Shown: positions 43,601 to 57,355, counted from the first letter of the stretch. The stretch is DNA of 64,000 bases from Lobosporangium transversale (GCF_002105155.1 NW_019028982.1:682001-746000); one strand, 5' to 3'. The notes: generated by a model from the sequence alone, not told the origin. Numbers and translations: made by a program.

Positions 43601-45631
43601 TGCAATCACCAATTAGGGCTGGAAAGATGGATGGTCTCTCCAAATTGAGCATCCTTTTTTTTTTTTTTTTTGGTTTCTTTGTCAGAACTTTATATACGTA
43701 TTCCATGTAATGGAAACACATCAACTTGATGTTGCTGAGGACCAAAAAGACCTGGGGAAAGAATTGAGAGTAACAAATTTTGTAATTGTGCAACTACACA
43801 ATGCATGCACGCACGCCTTGATTCAATTTTGACAACGTAATGTAAACAAAGTGTTCATTTATATTCCTTTTCACACACAATGCTTGTTCAAGGGTTCAAG
43901 GGTTCAAGGAAAGCATGCTCGGTTGCTATTCTGCCTTATTGTTTTTTTTTTTTTTTTTTTTTTTTTTATTTTTTATTTTTATTTTTATTTTGTTAATATT
44001 AGTGTCATCTTTTATCTAATTGTAGTATGTCATATCATTATAAAGAATAACATCCCTTTCTCCTTTGTCAAGCTCCCGTGAAGAGAAGCTGTGTTCGTAT
44101 TTGTACTATTTAGTTGGCCATTCATAGCATAACATGTACAGCACGTATTCCTATATCTTGGTTGAGCGCTTATTTGCCTGCATTGTCTAGATTGGGCGCC
44201 AACTTTTTTTTTTTTACTTGTGTTCTAAACACATGCAAATACATATATTTATATCACAAGCTTATTCGTCGATCGAAAATCTTATAATTGTTGAAATGAC
44301 CGATTGGTATGACATATTCCACACTCTCAATAAAGACAGGATTTCTTTTTTTTTTTTTTTTTTATCTCTCTCGCTATTTGCTACTGCTCTCTATTGTTAG
44401 TAAATGTACATGTAGAGTGGTGGCTGTGGTGGTGATAAAAAGTACATTTTTTTTATAAGAAAAAAAGAGAGATCGGACTAGAGCAAGTCTAAAAGTGCTG
44501 TAAAGTACGGTCTGTGCACAGAATAAATGAAAGGCTCGATCTTGTGGAAATGCTATTTTTGGATGGGAAGCGTGGCTAGGCGTAAAAAAAATCCGATGGC
44601 GCCGCTCATCAGTTGCTTTGAACATTCATTGGTCAAAGCCCTGATGGAAACACAAACAGCCTTCGCCGAGGATCTTTTCTGACATTGTCTCTTCTCTATA
44701 TTAACCTCACACGACCTTTCAAGAAAACACAAAATAAACCTTAAATTTAATTGAGCATCTCATTCTCGATTTTCTACATGTGCTTGAACAGCAAATGCAG
44801 TAATGAAATGCAAAGCTGCAGCCATATTGCCCAGAAAAGAGGTAGAGGAGAAATATATACAAGTCATTCCCCCCTCCAATGTTCTGTACTGTAAGGCAAA
44901 AAAAAAAAAGCCCTATCATCCGAGATCTAATCTGTTCAACAGTAACAACGGGTTCTGGAAACTTTCTCTTCATTGTCAAGATTTCAGACACTGAAAAGTC
45001 AACTGTATAAATATATAATATTATATATATATAATACACATATCCATAAATATATACTAATGTATAAATGTCAGTTTATCATTATTTTTCCATTGACTTC
45101 AGTTGTCTGCCAACCAAAATGCTCTCCTCCTTTATTTTTTCCAGTAAAAAGTAAAAATCAGGCTCTTTAAAAGACAAGGGCTCCGCTTTCTTTCAATTCT
45201 TTTCTTTGGAAAGATTGCCCTCTCCTTAGAAGACAAATCTGTCTGGGCGCCCCTTGGGGGTTCTTTTTTAGAATTTACAGCGCTTTTTTTTTTTTTTTTT
45301 TTTTTTTTTTTTCTCGCTTGGTAATATTAAGAAGAAAGAAAAAAAAAACCGGCGTGTGGTTGTGTGTAGAAGGAAAGAGCGCCGTGTCCTCAAGATCATT
45401 GTAGACTTCCACAATAAAAGGCTTCATACAACCCACAAAGTTTTTGTTTTTTTCTTCATCGCAACGATCTCATCACTTAAAGAACCTTTCCTTCTCCCTC
45501 CCTCTCTGCCTCCCTCTAACACCCGCCCTTTCCCTTCCCTTCTGTCTCGAACCGACCGTCTCCACTACCCTCTCCCTCCACACAAACATTACGCCCCACA
45601 CACGCTTGCAGCACTAATAACAACCTTCCTC

Positions 45632-45688
45632 ATGCGTATCTATACTCTTTCTGGCCTTTTGGCTCTTGCTTCATTCACATTTGCGGAT

Positions 45689-45734
<46 letters not shown>

Positions 45735-47434
45735 TGGGAAAAGTATTAAATGCACTAAATGCATTATCAATTGTCAATTAAAGAAGTTCACACCATAACA
45801 CCACTTCCCATCTTTTCTCTTTTCTTTAAACAGTGACATATAAAGTTGTTGGATTTCCTGACACTCCTGATGGTTATTTCGGTGTCTTGATCAATGGTGT
45901 ACTCACCCCATTGACAACCACTCCCGAGACCTTCCCTCTCTGGACTGGAACTGTCGTGGGTGCCAAGGCCTATTCGGGCTATCGTTACCTCAAGCTCTCA
46001 CCAAAGGGCGATATCATCCAACGTGAAAAGTTCTTGCGAGTCTTCCAAAACAAGAAGGCGATCTCAACCGAGAACGAGTTCTTCTTGCGTGAAGTGACCA
46101 GGACTGCCCTGCCCTCGCTCCCTCAAGTCTATAAAGATAGCCGCCCCAAGCCTTCTAAAGCCTTTGATGAAACCCAGATTGCGACCATTAATTTAACACC
46201 TGATCCTGCAGCTTTCGCAGACATGGTTGCAAATCCTCTTGATGAGGAACGTAAGGCTATCAAGGCCGGCTTCCGCTTCATCAGCGCTGACACCGTTTAC
46301 AGCGCCGGAGAGATCAAGCTGAAGGTCTCGGGCCACGGCTCTCGAAAGTTCAAGAAGCTGTCCCTTCGTGTCAAATTCGACGACGACAAGGGCGAGACCT
46401 TCTTTGATCGCCCCATCATCAAGTTGCGTGCCCAGTCTTTTGATCCTACCATGATCCGCGAAAAGCTGTATATCGATAACTTGAACTCCATCGGTGTCAA
46501 AACTACTCAGGGAGCCTGGGTCCGCGTCTTTGTCAACGGAAAGCCCTACGGATTCTATCTGATGGCCGAGGATATTGAGCCCCCATACTTGAGAACTACC
46601 GTTCACGGCGGTGCCGATGTACCCGAGTTTGGTTCGCTCTACCAAATGGGCTCCCATGTTCTCGGTCTCGAGGCCACATTGCAGTACCAGGGCCCCAAGA
46701 CTGCCGATTACCACCCTGAGATCTACGAGAACAAGGAATTGGGCGCCAACACGAAGGAAGAGCCCATGGCCCAGTTGATTGCCTTCTTGAAGGATCTGCA
46801 AGAGTTTGACCCCAGTGTAGGAAATGGCATCAAGTTCTGGAACGCACGCTTGGATCTGGACGGATACTTGCGCAGCATGGCTATGGAGTATCTGGGTGGT
46901 GCCTGGGATGCTTACTGGTGGAAGGGCAACAACTATTTCATGTACTATAACCCTCTCCAAGCTAGATGGCAGTTCCTCCCCACTGATTTCGATTCTACTT
47001 TCAGCGATGGCAAGCTCAACGATGTTGCCACGACCTACAAGAAGTTTGCTGCTCGTCGCTTGGCCAGACCAGGCAAGGACCATCCATTGATCACAAAGCT
47101 CATCTACAAGAACAAGGAGATCAACACACTCTTTGAGAGTATTCTTCTCAAGATTACCAAGGATCTATTTAACCCCAAGGTTTTGGAGCCTAGAATTGAT
47201 GCCTATGAGAAGATGATTATGGAGGACGTCAAGTGGGACTACTCTCTGGACCGCTCCAAGAACCCTGGCAAGACCTTTAACTTCACCATTGACGACTTCC
47301 ACAACAGCATCAAGGGTCCCGTCAGCAGTGTCAACAACGGTATCAAGCCTTGGATCAAGTACAGAGCGGAGGATGTTCCTAAGCAGATCAAGACAACAAC
47401 CGTATCTATTGGCCTGAAGACTCGTATTCGTTAA
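45632..47434 (+). CDS. cotH: CotH family (spore-coat kinase-like) secreted protein; exons 45632-45689, 45834-47434
   Basis: Signal peptide MRIYTLSGLLALASFTFA-DVTY; SGHGSRKFKKLSLRVKF, IKLRA...DPTMIREKLY, WVRVFVNGKPYGFYLMAE, MAMEYLGGAWDAYW...NNYFMY, FLPTDFDSTF. Confidence 0.92.
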
Positions 47435-47978
47435 AAACAACTATACGCAAGCATATTTAGAGGGAAAAAAAAAAAAAAAAAAGCATTTAAAGTCATTACT
47501 AGAATATTAATGCCATATATCATATTACTAGTAAATAATACCCCGTTTTGAAGAGTTTTTTTTTTTTTTTATATATATATCATAAAAGGATGTTCGTCTC
47601 TATAAAATCCTTGATCTCTTATCTTCAGCCCAGCATTCAGGATTAAAATGAATGCACTATCAGAGCTCAATCAATACAATACAAGGTCTGAAACAGAGGC
47701 ACAGCCTTTTTGTGTACATGTGCGCTGTGCGCTGATGAACAGCCATACAGCCATACAGCCATACATCATACATTTGTATATATAATATACAAAACATTGG
47801 AGATCTTCGCTTTACCGAAATACTCCTTAAGGTAGCTAATCAGTACTTGAAATAACATACAGTTAGAGGACAGCGGAAAGCAACGGAGTCAAGTACAATA
47901 TCAGACATTTCCTCTTTCTTTTCTTTTTTGTTCTCTTTGCTGTTGAAGAAGATTGAATGTTTGGATATTGAGAATATG

Positions 47979-48014
<36 letters not shown>

Positions 48015-48110
48015 GACTCAGGTGGCAATGAGTTTGGACTAGAAAGGGCGTGATTTGCAGCCAGAGATCTGAGCCTGAAGAGAAGAGAAAGGGCATGATG
48101 TTTTGATTTC

Positions 48111-48270
48111 CAGCACGTGCTGGAAGAAAACGAGCACAAACTTGTCGCTCATCCAGCACAAACCTATTGCCCATACAGCACAAGCTGATTGCCCAAACAG
48201 CGCGAACCTGTTCTGAAAACAGCACAAACCTATTGCACAAACAGCGCTAGCCTGAAGAAAAGCACAATCA
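48111..48270. repeat. Degenerate 22-bp minisatellite, about 7 units
   Basis: Units start at 48132, 48154, 48176, 48198, 48220 and 48242 (consensus approximately CAGCACAAACCTATTGCCCAAA), with a partial unit at 48111. Confidence 0.85.
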
Positions 48271-50004
48271 TCTGCATGCATAACAGGCTTCTTCTCTTTT
48301 CGCACTACCATTGCCATTGCCATTGCCATTGCCATTCTCATTCAATTCTCAGAGAACCTTCTGCATCATCCCTAAAGACACGCTTGATACCACGAACAGT
48401 TGACAGATTAACTTTATTTGTCTGATCTTGTCTTGCAAAGCGCGGCCATGTACTTTAATAATTCAGTAAATGCTCGGCATCTCTGCCTCTGCTTTCTCCT
48501 TATTAATGTTGACTATATGTAGTCAAAGCCAACTTCTACTTCCATAGCTAGGCTTCTATATCTCTATATCTCAAAGATCTTTAAGACCTCGCCGATAACC
48601 ATTGTCTGCGACGCCAAGTAACATTGATATATATTAAGATTGCACTAGATTCTTCTCTTGCCACTGTTTGAGTTTAGTGAAAGGAAGTCTTGCCCTGATT
48701 TTTATCAAAAAAGGGGTGTATATTTCTAGCTGGATGACGAACCCCACCCCACATGAGCTGATCCTGTTGGACAACTTTCAAGTTTTGATAGTTGGAAAAG
48801 GGTGGCTTGACAAATCCCCTCCTTCAGGTACAAATAGTTGCAGCATAAAAGTTCACACTAGCATCACTTTTTCACGTTCATTGACCATGAAGTGTAATAA
48901 AATGTCAATTGTCCAAAGTCAAAAAAAAAAAAAAGTGATTCATAAGACATAATGGTTATGCATGGTAAAGAAGAATGAATGGCTCTTTATATACATGTAC
49001 CACCAATGACCAGCTACGCGTTCGCTCTAGGCTAAAAAAAATAAAAAAATAAAAAAATAAAAAATACAAACGTGGAAAGCGTAGAGGGAAATGTTTCAGG
49101 AACATTAAAAAAAAAAAAAAAAAAAAAATCTCAGAAGCATAGCCAGGGGGCCCGAGAGAGTGACCGAGCCGTTTATGTTATAAGGATCAGGACATTGTTG
49201 CACATGAGAAAATCAAAGACGACAATGAACTTTTGAATATGTATATGTAGAAGGGAGGGGAAGCGAGCCGAAATCTCGGACGGAGCCTGCTGATGTGCCA
49301 AGCAAGATTTTATCTCACAAGCCAAGGCCAAGACAAGCCAAGTTTAGTGCTCGGTTGGGGGGAGGATTCGGACAAAAACCTTAAAATTTTCACAGCTCCA
49401 CTACTATTATATATATACATATTTTTATATCTATACAAATATTTATTACTAGTGTTATTTGGGTATGCTTAGCCGAACCATTTACTCGATCTCTGTTGTA
49501 GACATTAAAATTGTTGTTACTTTGCCATTGCTACTGTTGTCGCTGATGCCGTTAATCTCGCTATTGTTACTGTTGATGGAAATGGGCCAGAGCGCTTTAA
49601 AGCGAGAACATTGGTAAACGGCAAAAGACCCCAGACAAGAAAAAAAAAAAAAAAAAAAAAAGCACACCCTTTTTTATTAATTCTATTTTGTCAGTACCAA
49701 CACCCTAAAGTGATAGGAATCATGTCCGATCTAAAATGGTCAAAAAGGGAAATCCTCCTCATCAAATTCTTGAACCTCCTTCTTCTTTCTCTTCTTTTCT
49801 TTTTGCTCGTTTGCAATTGTTAGAGAATAGTTTGAAAAAAAAAAAAAAAAAAAAAATTAAAGCAACAACAACAACATACCTTTTTCTATCCTCTCTCACT
49901 CTCCACTCCATCTCCTCCCTGTCCTCTCCTCTTTTCTCCTCTCTCACTTTCTCTTCCATTTCGATTATCTAATCTCTAATTGACAAACATATCATAGACA
50001 TATC

Positions 50005-50104
50005 ATGGCTGGTAAGAGCTCTTTTAACCTTACCTCACTTTCATCTGATAGACATCTGGATCAGCAAACAATCCTCAGTCAAATAAAATTGAACAAAAAA
50101 GAAG

Positions 50105-50136
<32 letters not shown>

Positions 50137-51959
50137 CAAAGACACTTTTGGCAAGCAGCATTGTCATGAAGTAACATGTGAATGCAAAACACCTTTGACA
50201 TTCAACCACTCCTTCCATTGCATTACATTGCATGTGGAGTGAACCTGGAGTATGAAGTGACGCAAGAAGAAAAAGAATAATTTCTGACATTTTTTTTTTT
50301 TTATTTTTTTCTTTCTCTTATTTCGTTAAAATAAAAAGTTCCTGCTGTTGCGGCCGCTGTTCCAGCAGCTCTCTATGTGAGCTCCAAGTTGGCGTTTCCG
50401 CGCGATCTCAAGCTTGCTCGTGGTCTGCTCAATGCCAAGATGAACTATCGCTCCTACGAGAAGAACGATACTATCAACATCTCATATCGCTTTGAGGAGA
50501 CATGCAAGAAGTACCCCAATAAGGAGGCCCTTGTCTTCGAAGGCAAATCCTATACCTTTTCGGATATTCAACGAGGTAAGAATAATAATAATAATAAAAG
50601 TTATTATAACATCTACAAATGATTGTTATCAGGCCTATGTACAAGTATTTCGAATGAATGATATAAACAACAAAGAGAGTTTACACTTTCTACGGACATG
50701 TCATCATGCTAAACTATAATTTTTTTTTTTCCTACCCCATCTTTAACATCTGGTCATTGTCACTTTTTTTTTTTTTTTTATTTTTTTTAAACAGAGTCAA
50801 ACAAAGTCGGCAATTGGTTATTGTCCAAGGGTGTGAAGCGTGGTGATATTGTGTCCTTAATGATGTTGAACCGACCCGAGTTCTTGTTCTGTTGGCTCGG
50901 CATCAACAAGATTGGTGCTTGTGGTGCATTCATCAACACCAACCTCACAGGCAAACCCCTGACTCACTCGCTCAAAACTGCTTCATCAACCTTGTTGATC
51001 TTGGATACAGAATTGACACAACCCATTGGAGATGTCCTGGATGAGGTTCTCCAGATGGGTTATACGATCTATACATATGCAGGAGTCGGGCCTCAGGTGG
51101 ATTTCGCAGCTCCCCTGGACTTGAACGGTATCCCGGATGTAGCATTGCCAAAGAGCTTGAGAAAGAAGACAACCGCAAATGATATTGCAATGTTGATCTA
51201 TACCTCCGGTACTACGGGTCTTCCTAAAGCCGGTCGTTTTTCACACTCTCGTGCAAACTGTAAGTTTTATTTTATTTTATATTCTTTTTATTTTTATTTT
51301 TGTCTTTTAGCGTCATTTATTCCCTCAATCAAGATGTTCATACTAAACCTTTCCTCTTTCCCTTTTTTCCTTTCCATTACTTCCTTAATGCTCTTCCATT
51401 AACTAGTGGCTGCTCATTTCTGGGAATCGTTCTACTACTTCAATGCCCAGGATCGCCTGTACATCGCATTGCCTCTGTACCACAGTGCAGGAGCTGTGTT
51501 GGGTATGTGTGTGGCTTGGGTGACGGGCGCAACTGTCGTCTTGGCCCGCAAGTTCTCGACATCATCATTCTGGGATGAATGCAGGGCCAACAATGTCACT
51601 GTGATCCAATATATCGGAGAGATTTGTCGCTACTTGCTCAATGCTCCCCCTTCACCCTTGGATAAGACTCATAATATTCGTATGGCACATGGAAATGGTA
51701 TGCGACCTGATGTCTGGACTCGATTCAGGGACAGATTTGGAATTCCTCTGATCGGAGAATGGTATGCGAGCACAGAGGGCACGGGCATTTTGACCAATTA
51801 CAACACAGGAGAAAATGGTGTTGGTGCGATCGGATATCGAGGAACATTGGCCAGGACGGTCGATTGGGGTCTCAAGATCGCCAAATTTGATGTTATCACA
51901 GAAGAGTTGATTCGTGACAAGAACGGACGCTGTATCGAGGTAGGTTATTTTCACATTTG

Positions 51960-51990
<31 letters not shown>

Positions 51991-52695
51991 ATCCATTTTA
52001 TCCAAAAAGGTACACATGGCTCATTGATTTTTCCTATTTTTTTTTTATTTTTTTATTTTTTATCCATCGTTTCTTATCTATAGTGCGCACCTGATGAGCC
52101 TGGTGAGTTGCTGACAATCATCGATTCCGCAGATCCCACACGTGCCTTCCAAGGTTATCACCAAAATGCCAGTGCCAACTCCAAGAAGATTGTGACGGAT
52201 GCGTTCAAGGTTGGGGACCGCTACTTCCGCACAGGTGATATTCTTCGCCGTGACAAGGATGGTTATTTTTATTTCGGCGATCGTGTAGGAGACACTTTCC
52301 GCTGGAAGTCCGAAAACGTTTCGACAGCCGAAGTTTCAGAAGTGTTGTCTACATACCCCGATTGTATTGAAGTCAATGTGTATGGTGTTCAGATCCCTGG
52401 TCATGACGGCCGTGCAGGCATGGCAGCCATTGTCTCCAAGGATACGATGGATTGGGACAAGTTTGCCAAATTCGCTCTGAAGAATTTGCCTCGGTACTCG
52501 GTCCCGATCTTTATCCGTAAGACACCAGCAATCGAGATCACCGGCACATTCAAGCAGAGGAAGGTAGAGTTGGTGAATGAGGGTATGGATCCAAGCAAGA
52601 TCCCAGATGAGATCTTGTGGTTGGATGGAAACTCCTATAAGCCTTTCAAGGCACCAGAGTACCAGCGTGTCATCACTGGCAAGGCTAAATTGTAA
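50005..52695 (+). CDS. FAT1: Fatty acid transport protein / very-long-chain acyl-CoA synthetase (FATP, Fat1-like); exons approx 50005-50011, 50339-50575, 50796-51259, 51407-51939, 52084-52695
   Basis: AMP-binding LIYTSGTTGLPKA, LPLYHS, ARKFSTSSFW, QYIGEICRYL, EWYASTEG, FATP signature DGYFYFGDRVGDTFRWKSENVST; C-terminal -AKL (PTS1). Confidence 0.95.
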
Positions 52696-54387
52696 TATTC
52701 GTAAAGGCTTTCAGTTATCCAACAACATATGCGCAACAATACTCATTCATTAAAGGAAAAATAGAAAAGTAAAGAAAAGTAAAGAAAAGAAAAGAAAAGA
52801 AAAAAGATAATAATAAAGAATATAAAATTATATTTCTATCATGAATGTGTCTCTAATTAAGAATGAGAGGACAATCCAATCGACCCAGCCTATAGCAATT
52901 CTTATGTTAATCACAATCAATAATATCAACCATTGATGAGAGTACATGTACTTTTTTTTTTTTTTTTTTCTTGCCAAGAAATCAAGAGCAAGAGGGAGAG
53001 GTGTATGCTCTTGTAGGCTTTTTTCTTTTTCTTTTTTTTTTTTTTTTTTACAAGCTTGAAAAATATCATAAGGGTAGTTCACCGGTGATAGATGGCTTAT
53101 CAATTCACAAACAGAACGATTTGAAGAGAAAAGGAATATGCAAGATGTCTTGTTATCATAAACACATGAAAGATTCTTCTCAAGAAATTAAATTCTGTCC
53201 AAAACGATTAATATAATGTCTAGGTTATTAATGCATTCCCATGTTGTTTATCCAAAATGGTTTCAACTTCCAATTCGTTTTAGCAATGCCACAGATATCG
53301 GATGCCTATTCTCTGAAACCTCCATCGATGGGCCAGAGCTGACGCGTTATCTAGTCTAGTCCTAAGAAATATATATAAATTCATTGGTGGATAGTGAAGG
53401 ATGTGTCTATTATGTAAGTTAATAGATAATGTAGTGAATGTAATGTGTATTATATATTATATAGTATACAGCTGTTACTGTCAATCGGCCCCGAACAGTG
53501 GCCTCTCTCCCATCCAATAGGATTGCGTGAGAATTTGCCCTGGCGCAACTTATTTTCTTATTACAATTAAATGATACGGCCAATGATCTTTCATTTAGGA
53601 TTCGCACGACATTGAATTTTTTTTTTTTTATTTTTTATTTTTTATTTAGGCGACCTCATTCGGGTTCATCATGACACCATTTTTTCTTATTTTGTGCTTC
53701 CTTAATTTCTATCCACCTGTCCGCCGTACTGTAGTTTCTTTTTTTATATTGTCCCCACTCGCTCTCTTTTATTGAATAAAAAATATAAACCATGGCAAAA
53801 CAATTGACGACATTGTACAGTGTATAATCTCAAGTACGAGGAACAAACAAACAAACAAACAAAAAAAAACAGAGCCGTTGAATATGAATAGTCAACGTAT
53901 ATCTCACTATAACAAGCATCACGCGTTGTTTACTTTTTTTTTTTTTTTTTTTTTTTTTGAAAAGATGAACATGCCTCCTTTTTTTTTTTTTTTTTGCAGT
54001 ACAAGATCAACTGTTGGTGAAGAGGATTTCCCTTCCACATTTTAGCACACGACTATACCTGAGACGTCTTGATTATGCGTGTAAAAGAGATGCATAAAAA
54101 AAAAAAAAAAGATCATAGGGGAAGGGGAGAGAAAGGTGAGGAAAGAACACATGCCAGGGCTAATTGAGGCGATAGCAGCAGAAAGCAATGCTGCATACCA
54201 TAAGGCTTTGCGGCGCCTTGCTACATCCATCTCTCCATCCCTTATCAGCCTCCCTTTACATTTGTTTATCCTTTTTTTACTTGCTTGACTATCATCAATC
54301 CTGCCTTTTTTTTTTTTTTTTTTTTTTTTATCTTCCGACTGAGTGGTTTATTGCATCGCGGTACCGGCTAAATAGTCAGATAGAAGG

Positions 54388-54421
<34 letters not shown>

Positions 54422-54695
54422 GTGTATGAAATGATGCCATGGATCTGCATGGTGAGGAAATGAGGGAACCAGGGTTGAGTGTAATGAAGAGCAAGCAGGT
54501 GAATATCAAAGTTTACATGTATGCATGTTGGATACAGGCGTGTGTTTCTTTTAGCCTACTTTTGTAATATGCTCGTGCTACAAGAGATGGACGCCGACAT
54601 TTTGTATATATATTATTGCATACAGTATTATAAACTTTGAAGCTTTGAGTTTTTTAGTTCAAGTTTAGCCCCCTATTGGCAACAATCTTTCAACC

Positions 54696-54723
54696 GGGGG
54701 GTGGGGGGGTGGGGGGGTGGGGG
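54696..54723 (+). other. Potential G-quadruplex G6-T-G7-T-G7-T-G5
   Basis: Four G-runs of 5-7 nt separated by single T in an AT-rich intergenic region. Confidence 0.6.
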
Positions 54724-54779
54724 ATGTGAAGGAGGAAGCTGTCGCCAATCGGAGGCCTACCGGTGAAGAAGCATGTTAG

Positions 54780-54815
<36 letters not shown>

Positions 54816-56477
54816 TATCTCACGGTTTATAAATGTGGGCTCCTGACTTTAAATGACCCTGAAGTTCGAGATATACATGAATTATGTATCCCTGGACATT
54901 TATACTTCCTAAACCAATAGGGCGTGGATGAACATAAGATTCTATACCGCCCACTTTCTATGACAGAGAGAAAGAGAGAGCGATTGCTCACAAGCATCAG
55001 AACGCGTCCCTCAATCACGTCAATTATCAGTTTTCTTCTTACTTTTTTTTTTTTTTTTTTTGCTCAAAAAGAAAATAAAAAACCCTGTTCAATACTAATA
55101 GCCACATAAGATAAAGAAGAAAAAAAAGAACTTACCCTTGCATGAGGCTTTTACTCCGCTACAGGTCCCTGAAGGAAAAATGAAATAAATAAAATGAAAT
55201 AAAATAAAATAAAATAAAGTACACCAAACGACATGGGAACATTGCTTTACTTACTCAAGATATATGCTCCAAGGTTCATACATATCTATACATTTATATT
55301 AAATACACCAATCCAAGCTGCGCTGTAAATGACTGCATGTTATCACGCGGTGGTGCATGAGTACCATTTTTGGCTTGGTTGATTAGCTCTAGAAGCTAAA
55401 GAGAACGGACGCTGAAGGTTAGAAATTGGAGAGAGAGCTAAGATGGAGAAGGAAGCTTGAGAGAAGAAGAAGAAGAATGGGAGATGAGGGTGGGAAAGTC
55501 TTTGAGAGACACAGTCTAAAGATTGAGCATTTTCAAATTAGTGTCTATTGCCCATCGTTTAGAAAGGTTGGTGAGTCTGATCGAGTCTTCTTGATATATG
55601 TATATATATATATATATATACATATAATAACAGTAATGTATCTTCTCTGTGTACAGTTGTAGACTAATGCACTACAAGTTCATAATTTTCAGAATATTCA
55701 GAAGAACGCGTTCCTCAAATACACACAGACATAAACATCCAGAAACACACAATAATGAGGGCGACAAATTGGTTTCGGTTACTGGTTTTTTTATTTTTTA
55801 TTTTTTATTTTTTTATTAGTCTAATCCGTAATTGTAGTCATCAGTGAACTAGAGGGGTGAATGCATGGCGTTAGACAACAACAATAGCCCTGGAGTCTAG
55901 GGACCTACAATCAGCCATATGGTCTAGCTAACCCAAGATTGGACTAGACTGCCTTGTCCATGGTATTCTTCCAATTCCCAGGAAGAGAAGAAGTGCTTAC
56001 ATTGGTATAAACATTCCCATGTAAAAAATAAATATACTTTTTGGTTTGTTCCATTGCAGCTATTGCAATATAATAAAATGTAAATAATTTGCTTATGCTT
56101 ATGCAGGCACTAGTGTGATATGTGAACTTCATGAAAGAGATATATTTATTAGCTTATGGAAGGGTCCTCTGGACCAGAAACCTTCATTATTTGATGCATG
56201 CCAAACAAATAATAATAGTAATGAGATTAATTCGATCATGGCATTCTCTTCTCCAATACCCCATTCCTCCCCCCCCTTTTCTATATACCGTATTGTGCCG
56301 GTGGACTATTCCATGTGCTTATTACCTACACTCCCCCCCCCTTTTTTTTTGTTCATACCTCTGAGTGTCTTAACTCATCAGGTATTTTATTAGGAAATAA
56401 AAATAAAAATAAAAATAATAAAAATAAAAAGTAAAAAGTAGAAATTGCTTTTGCAAGAAAGACAACGCGTTACCATT

Positions 56478-56508
<31 letters not shown>

Positions 56509-57295
56509 CGATTTTTGGCCTATCTAGGCAACAATGGCTTTATGTTCTCACGGCGCTTGAGATGAAAACAAATACATTCTACACAAAAGGGTTAATAAAA
56601 TAACACATGCACATATACATTAAAAATAATAAATTAAACAAACACAAAGAACAATTGAATATTTACCATGATAATGGAGCTACCAGAAACGTCTTTACTC
56701 AAGACGGTTTAGGGCCAATGTTTATTTTTATTTGTACACATTTTTTTATTTTTTTATTTTTTTTTTTATTTGCGCCGTGTCCATGTTGGGATTCTTCATA
56801 GGTCCTTGGATAGCCTAAGAGTTATGAAGAAGAAAAATACATATGAATACGTGGATGAAACTGATAGTCAGTAAAGAAGGGGTGAAATGAATGAGCGGTA
56901 AATTGCAATTCTGAAAGATGGACATTATTCAATGGCCCGATGCTGACCATATACAAATACTTTTTCCTTTTGTCTTATTTTCCTATTTCCTCAAAATGCC
57001 TATGAAGGTGTCAAGACTAAAAAGGGTGGGCTCAAATTAGGGGGATGGGATGTTCATAGCCAAACTTACTCATGCCTTGTTACTTTTCTGAACAAGAAGG
57101 GAGGGAAGCAGTTGGATGTAGCCAATCAAATGTGAATGGTCTCATGCAAATTACGTTGCCTCCAATTAGCATCCTTTTTTGTCGGTCCATTTTTTTTTTT
57201 TTTTTTTTTGTTATTGAGAGCACACATATTCCCCCCGATATACCCAAAGATAAACGGACCAATTTTCCTTTCTTTCTAATGGTTTTCTGAACAAT

Positions 57296-57355
57296 AGTTC
57301 CTTTAATTGAATAGAGGTTCTTTTAATTGAATGGAGGTTCTTTTAATCGAATAAA
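57296..57355. repeat. 3 x 20-bp tandem repeat upstream of the subtilisin gene
   Basis: AGTTCCTTTAATTGAATAGA / GGTTCTTTTAATTGAATGGA / GGTTCTTTTAATCGAATAAA. Confidence 0.8.

Noticed and set aside
46193..47083. 296-aa antisense ORF inside cotH (and similar ones over the subtilisin, YAK1 and HEATR5 genes)
   Set aside because: Expected shadow of strong codon bias on the coding strand; no recognisable motif.
48111..48270. CRISPR-like array
   Set aside because: No constant repeat with unique spacers, period too short, eukaryotic context, no cas genes.
54042..54230. Small ORF MDVARRRKALWYAALLSAAIASISPG with a signal-like stretch
   Set aside because: Runs into poly(T); no convincing canonical donor or downstream exon.
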